Assembly: GCA_965205865.1 (NCBI GenBank)
Contig: CBDBHR010000024.1
Coordinates: forward strand, 128,001-192,000
Reading direction: 5' to 3'
Source: a bacterium
GTDB taxonomy: Bacteria > SAR324 > NAC60-12
Length of the DNA: 64,000 nt
Shown piece by piece: positions 10,521 through 18,235 of the stretch (position 1 is the stretch's first letter; each line of letters starts with the position of its first letter). The notes under the pieces are model-generated. The model searched no databases and was not told where the DNA came from. It worked only from the letters and a program-made list of their open reading frames with translations. Position numbers and translations under genes: made by a program.

Positions 10521-10923
10521 TAGTGACTGAATCCAGTACGGAGAGTTTAGAAACTCAAATGGAAAAGGAGGCTCGTGCCATTGGGCGTATGGCACAAGGA
10601 GTGGATGCCAAAGAAGGCATTGCTGCATTTCTTGAAAAACGAAAGCCTGTTTTCCAAGGAAAATAAAAATCAGTATGCCTGAGAGCCGAGCCGTTCCAAT
10701 ATGTGGAAAACCCTGATTGTTTTTATTTCATTTTCAATAAAAAATGGCTTTCATTTACTAGGCTATCTGATTTTCACTGAATTCAATTGGATCTACGGAA
10801 TGAAGGACTCTCAAAAAAATTACGATTTTCCGAAAAATATTCTCATTACGGTAATAAGTGGAAATTTAGGCATGAAAAAAGTAATAAGGGGACGTTATTT
10901 CTATATTTTTTGTGTAATATCAC

Positions 10924-10993
10924 AATAAGTGGACAATATGTCCATCCATAATGTAATACCATGGACAAACGTCTACTTATTGCACTGTTCTAT
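10924..10993 (+). other. attI-like integron recombination site heading the cassette array
   Basis: GTTCTAT at 10987-10993 is complementary to ATAGAAC of the next attC; preceded by an imperfect inverted repeat AATAAGTGGAC..GTCCAT / ATGGAC..GTCTACTTATT; no R'' AAC box. Confidence 0.55.
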
Positions 10994-11030
10994 TTACAAA
11001 ACTAACACGTAAAGAAGATAGGAAACCCAC

Positions 11031-11336
11031 ATGCCCAAGCTATATGAATATTTTGGAATCACTATCTTTTTTTATTCTAATGAACACGAACCTATTCATG
11101 TCCATGGCCGTCATCAAGGAAAAGAAAGCAAAGCAGAAATTCTAGTTGAGGAAGGAGAAATCATCGAAATACGAATTACAACGGTTCCTGGTAAGAAACC
11201 GCTAGAATCTTCTCAATTCTCTGATTTCAGAATCTTTGTCGAACATTATGCTGAGGAGATTATCCAAAGATGGGTAGATTATTTTGTATACAATCGAAAA
11301 ATGGTATCTGAACGAATTATGACGAGGATCAGATGA
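11031..11336 (+). CDS. DUF4160-family TA protein (cassette 1)
   Basis: MPKLYEYFGITIFFYSNEHEPIHVH signature. Confidence 0.8.
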   Translation: MPKLYEYFGITIFFYSNEHEPIHVHGRHQGKESKAEILVEEGEIIEIRITTVPGKKPLESSQFSDFRIFVEHYAEEIIQRWVDYFVYNRKMVSERIMTRIR

Positions 11337-11593
11337 CAGAGGTAATGGATCAAATCATTGATATTCATCAAGTCGACTATATTGAGAAATACAAACTCAA
11401 AATTACATTTAGTGATGGAAAAGAACAAATGGTCGATTTTGGGCCCTTTCTTAAAAAATCAAAACATCCGGATATACAAAAATATTTGGAGATAGAGAAA
11501 TTTAAAAAATTTTCTATTATAGAAGGAAATCTTGATTGGAATGATTACGAACTATGCTTTCCAACTATAGATCTATATAGAGGACAAATTTAA
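11333..11593 (+). CDS. DUF2442-family antitoxin (cassette 1)
   Basis: YKLKITFSDGKEQMVDF; ATGA overlap with the upstream gene. Confidence 0.8.
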   Translation: MTEVMDQIIDIHQVDYIEKYKLKITFSDGKEQMVDFGPFLKKSKHPDIQKYLEIEKFKKFSIIEGNLDWNDYELCFPTIDLYRGQI

Positions 11594-11594
11594 A

Positions 11595-11673
11595 ATAGAA
11601 CAAGTCTTTTAGCTGATCATTTGGGGCGCCGCTACGCTCTACCCCAAGCCAATATCTCAATTCTGCGTTCGAT
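11595..11673 (+). other. attC site 1
   Basis: ATAGAAC-AAGTC...GC-GTTCGAT with central TTGGGG/CCCCAA stem, directly after a stop codon. Confidence 0.7.
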
Positions 11674-11758
11674 TCAAAATAATATTCTGACTTTCATCCT
11701 CTTCATTAAATCTACTTTTGCAGATCGAGACACTGCTTTTATTCAACACTAAAGGAAA

Positions 11759-12376
11759 ATGAAAAGAATGAACACAGTAAATAAACAATTTAAGACTTTC
11801 GATCCTAAACCTTCATTAAAATATGCTTTATTGCTTTTAGCGGAAGCAAGAATCAAAAAATTTGCATTGATCGGAAAATTAGCAATGTGGGTCCATTTGG
11901 AAGATGAAAGCCAACATCAATATACGAAAGACGTAGATTTCGCAATCATACTTAGCGATACAAAAAAGATTGAGGAGCTCGTCAATAGTAAAAATTTGAA
12001 TTTCAAGCAGTTGCAAATAGGAGGCATTGGTTTGAGAGAACAAGGAATAAATATAGATTTTATTGACAGACGTTTACATGGGGTGACATCCCTATTCAAT
12101 GAGGCGATAGAAAACACGTCTACAGAAGTTTCTGTTGAAGAGGAAACTATTCCCGTTGTTTCCTTAGAATATCTGGTTGCAATGAAAGCTGTTTCAGGTG
12201 AACCTAAAGATGATAATGATTTAAGAATATTACTGAGTCTAGAGAAACTAAATTATGCAAAAGCAAAAGAGATAGTAGTCAAGCATCTAGGACCAATTAC
12301 AGGTGAGCGATTAGATGTTTTTGCTAGAACCGCTAATATCTTACCCAAAAGAGGACCATATAATTATGGGCAGTAG
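11759..12376 (+). CDS. Nucleotidyltransferase-fold protein (DUF6036/AbiEii-like), sole gene of cassette 2
   Basis: ALIGKLAM, TKDVDF, LEYLVAMK...PKDDND motifs. Confidence 0.65.
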   Translation: MKRMNTVNKQFKTFDPKPSLKYALLLLAEARIKKFALIGKLAMWVHLEDESQHQYTKDVDFAIILSDTKKIEELVNSKNLNFKQLQIGGIGLREQGINIDFIDRRLHGVTSLFNEAIENTSTEVSVEEETIPVVSLEYLVAMKAVSGEPKDDNDLRILLSLEKLNYAKAKEIVVKHLGPITGERLDVFARTANILPKRGPYNYGQ

Positions 12377-12402
12377 CCTTTGAGCTTTCAGTTCTGAACA
12401 AA

Positions 12403-12528
12403 ATCGAACAAGCGGATTGAGGCTATTTGTGGGGTGCGTTTTTTTGACAATGTTTTCGGCAGAGACAAATATTCCGCTTTTTCACAATTTAGGGCATCTC
12501 CACAAAATCCTCATCCTAAACGTTCTGT
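12403..12528 (+). other. attC site 2
   Basis: ATCGAAC-AAGCGGATTGAGG...CCTCATCCTAAAC-GTTCTGT; imperfect palindrome; R'' complementary to the previous GTTCGAT. Confidence 0.8.
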
Positions 12529-12623
12529 CAAAGCATTCCCTCATATATTCAAACCTTATTAGATCTTAAATTTCCTCAAGAAACGTATTGCTATTATACA
12601 TACAATAAGATACTCTTTCATTT

Positions 12624-12921
12624 ATGCAAATCAATTACACTTATCAAGACATCAGCTTTCAATGGGACAGTCAAAAAAGCTTCGACTAATTTGAAAGGTT
12701 ACAATGTTTCTTTTGAAGAAGCTTGTGAAGCTTTTCTTGATCCATTTGTCCAGGTTATTAGCATTCATCAAGGTAGTGGGGAAACAAGAGAAGCAATTTT
12801 AGGGATGACTACCAATTGAAAACTTCTGTATGTCGCTTATACGGTAAAATCAGATGAAATATTTTGTATTATTTCCGCAAGAAAAGCAACGGGGCTAGAA
12901 AGGTTGAATTATGAAGAATAG
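12624..12921 (+). pseudogene. BrnT-family toxin with frameshift and premature stop (cassette 3)
   Basis: FQWDSQK..., VSFEEACEAFLDPF, IISARKA in broken frames; TGA at ~12817. Confidence 0.7.
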
Positions 12922-13192
12922 TGATTTGAAAAAAAGACTTCAAAAAGAACGACCCATGACATCTGTCACAATACGCATACCTCAAGATGTAATAGAAGAC
13001 TTGAAATCTGTTGCACCACAATTAGGTTTTTCCGGATATCAACCATTGATCAGAGCATATATTGGGCAAGGTCTTCGTCAAGATTTAGCAAGACTACAAG
13101 CAAAACCAGACATTAGATCCTTTATAGATCGATTAAAAAAACATGGAGTTGATGAAGATATTATCAATGAAGCAATAGCTGAAACTCAATAG
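12911..13192 (+). CDS. Antitoxin of the cassette 3 TA pair (RHH/BrnA-like)
   Basis: RPMTSVTIRIP...GYQPLIRAYI. Confidence 0.7.
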   Translation: MKNSDLKKRLQKERPMTSVTIRIPQDVIEDLKSVAPQLGFSGYQPLIRAYIGQGLRQDLARLQAKPDIRSFIDRLKKHGVDEDIINEAIAETQ

Positions 13193-13211
13193 AGTGAAGA
13201 AGATTAATATG

Positions 13212-13334
13212 ACAGAACAAGTCGTTGCTCCCGATTTTCACCATTGCCGCTTACGTTGCAAAGAGCAACATAAAGCTATAATTTTTGTGCTTCCTCAAAA
13301 GAGATGGTGAAAACGGGAGAACTCAACGTTAAGC
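13212..13334 (+). other. attC site 3
   Basis: ACAGAAC-AAGTCGTTGCTCCCGATTTTCACCAT...ATGGTGAAAACGGGAGAACTCAAC-GTTAAGC; strong stem; R'' complementary to the previous GTTCTGT. Confidence 0.85.
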
Positions 13335-13409
13335 CTCTAGATTCATCATAGATAAACCGTGAAACTTTTTTAACTTGACTAGTACATCGTTTGTGCATAC
13401 GTTTTATAT

Positions 13410-13688
13410 ATAGGATACATTTGGGATGTAAATAAAGCAGCAATCACGTTAAAAGAACGCAATATTGATTTTGCTGATTGCGTTGGCGTATTTGAAGATG
13501 ACCATAGTCTATACATAGAAGATTTATTTCCCTCTTACGGAGAAGAGCGGTTTATAGCAATAGGTATGGATTTTTTGGGTCGTATCCTCACTGTGGCTTA
13601 CACGTATCGGGACGAAGATATTCATATTATCTCTGCTCGAAAAGCTAGCACAAATGAACGGATGGCATATGAACAACAAGAAAGATGA
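13410..13688 (+). pseudogene. BrnT-family toxin lacking a canonical start (ATA) (cassette 4)
   Basis: Open frame (I)GYIWDVNKA...IDFADCVGVF...EERFIAIG...IISARKAS; ATA where ATG is expected. Confidence 0.7.
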
Positions 13689-13947
13689 AATGAAACCAGA
13701 GTATGATTTTTCTCAAGCGAAACAAGGGCCAATCGCAGTTTCCCCGACTGGAAAAACACGAATTACCATCCAAATTGATACAGATATATTAAATTGGTTT
13801 AAAAGCCAAGTACACCAGGCTGGAGGAGGAAATTATCAAACGTTGATCAACTTAGCTCTTCATGAGCATGTCCAAAGTCAACAAGAACCTTTAGAAGAGA
13901 CTCTAAGAAGAGTTATTCGGGAAGAGATGAAGCAAATTTCTAGCTAA
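13669..13947 (+). CDS. BrnA antitoxin (cassette 4)
   Basis: EYDFS, KTRITIQID, NYQTLIN. Confidence 0.85.
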   Translation: MNNKKDEMKPEYDFSQAKQGPIAVSPTGKTRITIQIDTDILNWFKSQVHQAGGGNYQTLINLALHEHVQSQQEPLEETLRRVIREEMKQISS

Positions 13948-14808
13948 ACCCACGACGAAATCATCCGCATAGCGAATGATGTAAACTTCCCCCCGAGCTT
14001 CCCGCCTTCTCCATTGATTGACCCATAGATCTAAAACATAGTGCAGGTAGATATTTGAATAGATTGGAGAAACTACCGAACCTTGTGGTGTTCCGACCAC
14101 CGTTTCAGACCACTTCCCCTCTTCGATGACTCCGGCGCGCAACGTTTTCTCTACTAAACGCAGAATCCTTTTGTCGGAGATTCGATGCTCGATAAATTTC
14201 AGCATCCAATCATGCTGAATTGTGTCGAAAAATCCTTGAATATCCGCATCTAAGATGTAGCTCACTTTCCGTTGGGTAATGACCACATACAAAGCGTCTA
14301 AGGCTTGATGTTGGCTTCGTCCGGGTCGGAACCCGTAACTAAACCCAAGGAAATCCTCCTCATAGATCGATTCCAACGTCCAAACAAGGGCTTGTTGTAC
14401 GATCTTGTCTTCAAGTGCGGCTATTCCGATTGGCCTTTGACGGCCATCCGGTTTAGGAACCCACACTCGCAGAGAAGGGTGAGGACGATAACGTTCTTGG
14501 TGGATCCTCCCGTGCAGATCGTTAATCCGCTCCAGGAGATTTATGCCATACTCATTCCAGGTCTCCTCGTCCACTCCCGCCGCTGAGTTGCGATTGAGAT
14601 CAAAGTAAGCTCTCCGCAGTAAGTCAGGGTTGATGTGATGAAAGAGATTGTTGAATTGAAGATGGGGGTTCCTCTTCGCCCTTTGGCGCACCCTGCTTAA
14701 ACCGCTCTCTGATTTTACCGGCCTCTGAGTTCCGAACACAGGAGGGCAAGCAGAATTCCTCTCAGCCAAGTCCCTTTGCTCCACAGGCTCCGTTGATTTC
14801 CTTTGCAT
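13948..14808 (-). pseudogene. Group II intron reverse transcriptase, truncated after YADD
   Basis: AAGVD, PKPDGRQRPIG, SYGFRPGR, DADIQGFFD, GTPQG, RYADDF. Confidence 0.9.
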
Positions 14809-15248
14809 TGTTACTCTCTACAAATGATCTCATTGTTCGCCGCTTCATCGCTACTACGAACTTGTCCGACTTCCTGAAGACGTAGATATCGGGGTTATTT
14901 ATTAATTTTCCCGATCCGACTACCAATGGAATGTTGACAGTCGTCTTCAGGATCTCCCAGGTTCCGCTCAAGAAACTTCCACACATGCACCGGGTCTTCG
15001 ACTCCGCCAGGCTCGACCGGGACTCACGCTAACGCCTTCGGTTGATGTTGCCTTCCCCACCAGACTACAAGGTCAGCACCTGAAACTATGATTTCGGAGC
15101 TCAATACCGAGCCTATGTTCTCCCCTGTCAACGCTTAGCGCCTATCCTTGCGAATAACCACTCATGACTCGGGGACTCGGCGGGTCGTTACTGCCTTACC
15201 GAGTAAGAGACTTTCACTCTCTATTTCTTGCCAGCTTTCCTGGCGCAC
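13948..15248 (-). mobile_element. Group II intron, 3'-truncated
   Basis: 5' end GTGCG at 15248; domain I-like RNA (...TAAGCGTTGACAGGGG...GTATTGAGC...); the RT ORF stops abruptly after YADD. Confidence 0.85.
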
Positions 15249-15271
15249 AGCCTGACCCTCTTCCCTAAATT

Positions 15272-15844
15272 TTATGCCTCAAAAGTCACTTTCGTATAAA
15301 ACTCATCGATGTGGATTTTGAAATCAATAGAGGGCAAGAGAACCTCTCCCCCAATATAGGTTTGAATAATCCATTTCAAATCACTTTCTTCTGATTTTCG
15401 GTAGACATCCACCCGTTTCAAATATTGATCTACCAAAACATAATCTTCCAATGAATTTAATGTTTGATATTTTCTAAATTTATCAATTTGGTCATACCGA
15501 GCTGTGGATTTAGAGAGCACTTTTACAATCAATTTGGGATGTGCAATATATTGATCACTCGATTCATTCATACAGGTTACCGAGGCATCTGGATAAACAT
15601 AATCTTGGTGGTTTTCATCAATTATTTTGATTTTCATATCAGAGCCATGGAGCACACAAGGGGATGATTTTAGATGATTCCCTAACATAATAATTAGATT
15701 GGTTGTAATAATTGAATGGTTCCGGCTCGCTCCTGCCATGGCATAAACCTCACCATTGTAGAATTCATGTCTAAGATGAGAGCGTTTTTCCAGTCCGAAG
15801 TATTCATCAACTGTATAATGCTTAATTAATTTTCTTGCCAACAT
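15272..15844 (-). CDS. Uma2/DUF820-family endonuclease
   Basis: HEFYNGEVYAMAGAS, YVYPD, K(for E)VLSKST, YVLVDQ. Confidence 0.85.
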   Translation of the reverse strand: MLARKLIKHYTVDEYFGLEKRSHLRHEFYNGEVYAMAGASRNHSIITTNLIIMLGNHLKSSPCVLHGSDMKIKIIDENHQDYVYPDASVTCMNESSDQYIAHPKLIVKVLSKSTARYDQIDKFRKYQTLNSLEDYVLVDQYLKRVDVYRKSEESDLKWIIQTYIGGEVLLPSIDFKIHIDEFYTKVTFEA

Positions 15845-16155
15845 CAGTGATTTTACCCCTTAGAAAGGTGCCTATAATGTTAATAACATTCAACTCGATA
15901 ACCATAGGGTCATACTCGAAGAGTATGAGGATCATAAAGAGGATCCTCGCGCAAAGCATGTATTAAAACGATTTGTTTTAGTATATTTACATTTAGCAGA
16001 TTGAACAAAGTAACGCAATGCATGGTCTCTCCCTGCACACCAAATCGAGCATGTTCGCTTTATGAAAAAATGAGACTAGCACTATCCAAAGGCCCAATAA
16101 ATTGTTTTGCTCCAAGACAATCTCTAGGTTCACAAATGAAGGAATCCATTGCAAA

Positions 16156-16201
16156 CAATTAGTAACTGTCCCCAGATTCAATTAGTAACTGTCTCCAGAT
16201 T
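16156..16201. repeat. Two tandem 23-bp repeats CAATTAGTAACTGTC(C/T)CCAGATT
   Basis: Direct reading; related copy GTAACTGTCCCCGGATT at 18127-18143. Confidence 0.8.
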
Positions 16202-16217
16202 CACGTATTGAGCTTTT

Positions 16218-17006
16218 TTAGTTTCCTTTAAAAATTGGATTTCTTTTTTCAAGGACTGCTTGTAGGCCTTCGTCGCTGTCTTCTGTATTCCGAGAGAGAA
16301 TATTCTGATCGACATCCATGTGCATGATTGCCCGATCCAAAGCAGAGCTGATCATATTGATGCTCTGTTTGATCATCTGAGTGGGAATGGGCGGTTGGTG
16401 GGCGTATTCATCGGCCAATTGTAAGGCCTTTTCCATCAATTGTTCACATGGCACCATCTCGTCCAGCATTCCCCAATCTAGCAACGTTTGTGCTTTTTCA
16501 TGATTGCCCAGCATGACCATTCGCTTTGCTCGGGCCGGTCCAATCAAATGCACACACAATGGCAACCCCACCCACATCAAGTTGATGCCCAAGTTGACTT
16601 CAGGGTATCCAAAAAAGCAATCTTCCGAGCCAATCCGAAAATCACAAGCCGTCGGAATACAGGCACCTCCCCCCAAAGCCGCTCCTTAAACTGCGGCAAT
16701 GGTGACTTGATTGATTTCAAAAATACTCCTCAACATTCTTCCGCCCAGTCCAGTTTCACGGCGCTTCAACAACAAAGAAGGTTGTTCTTTAGGTGGAGGT
16801 TCTTTAAAATCCCAACCGGCACAGAAATGTTTTCCGGCTGCCGCAAACACCACAACACGGGTTTCTTCATCATATAAAAAGCTTTTGGACACATGTTCAA
16901 TTTCTTCCATGAATCCTCGATTCAACGCGTTGGCACTTTCTGGTCGATTGAACGTCACGATGCTGATATGCCCTTGACGTTCTTTTGTTAAATATTGATA
17001 GTCCAT
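16218..17006 (-). pseudogene. Enoyl-CoA hydratase/isomerase with in-frame stop at 16686-16688
   Basis: TFNRPESANAL, FCAGWD, IAAV*GAALGGG; both ORFs share a frame. Confidence 0.85.
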
Positions 17007-17310
17007 AAGAGTTTCTCCCGTAAACGAAATGAATGATGGATTTTGAATTTCTTTGAATACTGAATTATTGAGGTTTTGTCCATATTTATGCACATAACTC
17101 TGCCTCTGAATTCAACGAGAAAGCGGCAACATTTTTAGAAAAAATAAGGATTTTCTAATTCACACCGCAGCGGCGCCGAGCGATGATACAGACAAAGTTG
17201 AAACAACCGTCGATGCTGAATGACAAAAATGGAAATTGCTGTCCTCTACACAATGTGTTATTCTGTTGAAAAGACGACAATTTTTACCTCTCCTTCCCAT
17301 CGAGGACATC

Positions 17311-18096
17311 ATGACTTCTTTAGAATCCGTCAAAAACCACTCCTCTGCAAGACGGTTGCCTCCCTCTGCCAAGGAGCCCCTTATGGTCAGTGAGGCCGAG
17401 TATTGGAAGATGTATTACGAACACCCGGATGTTCAATATGAATGGAACAATGGCCTCTTGGAGGAAAAACCTATGCCCGATTTTCTAAGCATCTCCCTCT
17501 ATCAATGGTTCCTCCACTTATTAAAAGAGTATTTGACTGTCTTTCCTATCGGACGGATGATGGTATTAGAAATGGGCTTTCGTTTGGAGCTGGGAAAGAA
17601 AAAGGTGAGTATTCGCAAACCGGATTTGGCCGTGATTCTCCACTCCAATCCTGTCGAGGCCAAACCGTTGGATCGTTCGTTTCATGGTGTGTGTGACCTC
17701 TGTATAGAGTTTTTATCCGACTCGACTCCCGCGGAGGTAGAACGGGATACGGTCCACAAAAAAGAAGAATACGCCAAAGCAGGGGTGGCGGAATATTATA
17801 TTTTAGACCGTTTGCGCATGCGCACCACCTTCTATTTTCTCAATGAGCAGGGGGTTTATGAAAGGATGAAGCATCAAGAGCCCGGTGTGATTCATTCCCG
17901 GGTTTTGGATCGGTTCGCTTTTCGTCTGGAAGATTTAAAAAAACAGGTGGCCTTTGAAAGATTAATTGAGGATCCTCTCTACCAACCCTTCCTCCTGAAA
18001 AGCTTCCAACAAGAGCGACAACAAAAAGAAGAAGCGCTTGCGGAAGTCGAACGGCTCCGTGCACTCCTCCAGGATAAAGATTCCGATCCCCGCTAA
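17311..18096 (+). CDS. Uma2/DUF820-family endonuclease with C-terminal coiled coil
   Basis: YEWNNG, RKPD, IEFLS, KKEEYAKAGVAEYYILD. Confidence 0.85.
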   Translation: MTSLESVKNHSSARRLPPSAKEPLMVSEAEYWKMYYEHPDVQYEWNNGLLEEKPMPDFLSISLYQWFLHLLKEYLTVFPIGRMMVLEMGFRLELGKKKVSIRKPDLAVILHSNPVEAKPLDRSFHGVCDLCIEFLSDSTPAEVERDTVHKKEEYAKAGVAEYYILDRLRMRTTFYFLNEQGVYERMKHQEPGVIHSRVLDRFAFRLEDLKKQVAFERLIEDPLYQPFLLKSFQQERQQKEEALAEVERLRALLQDKDSDPR

Positions 18097-18235
18097 AATC
18101 GGGTCTGCTTTTAGTGATTGATTTTCGTAACTGTCCCCGGATTTTCGTCAGCCGTCGTAGAATGACATGGAGTGCAGACCCCGCAGGAGGCATTCTCGAT
18201 CCGAGGCGATGCGTTCCATCGCAGCGGGATCTTCC

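Larger units (their letters stand above)
8698..10666 (+). pseudogene. Enoyl-CoA hydratase/isomerase, frameshifted (~8790) and split by IS630
   Basis: MSYETLL...ITLNRPNNANAL, FCAGGDL, AVNGMAAGAG; after the IS the frame resumes VTESSTESLETQME...EGIAAFLEKRKPVFQGK*. Confidence 0.85.

Noticed and set aside
10667-10920. Integron integrase expected upstream of the array; 75-aa ORF 10701..10928
   Set aside because: No tyrosine recombinase motifs found on either strand; the short AT-rich ORF looks spurious
3810-14808. RT genes as retron, DGR or defence RT
   Set aside because: Both have group II intron RNA context (DV/DVI or GTGCG 5' end) and are truncated; no TR/VR pair or msr-msd seen
16156-16201. 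Tandem 23-bp repeats as a mini CRISPR
   Set aside because: No spacers, only two adjacent units, no cas genes
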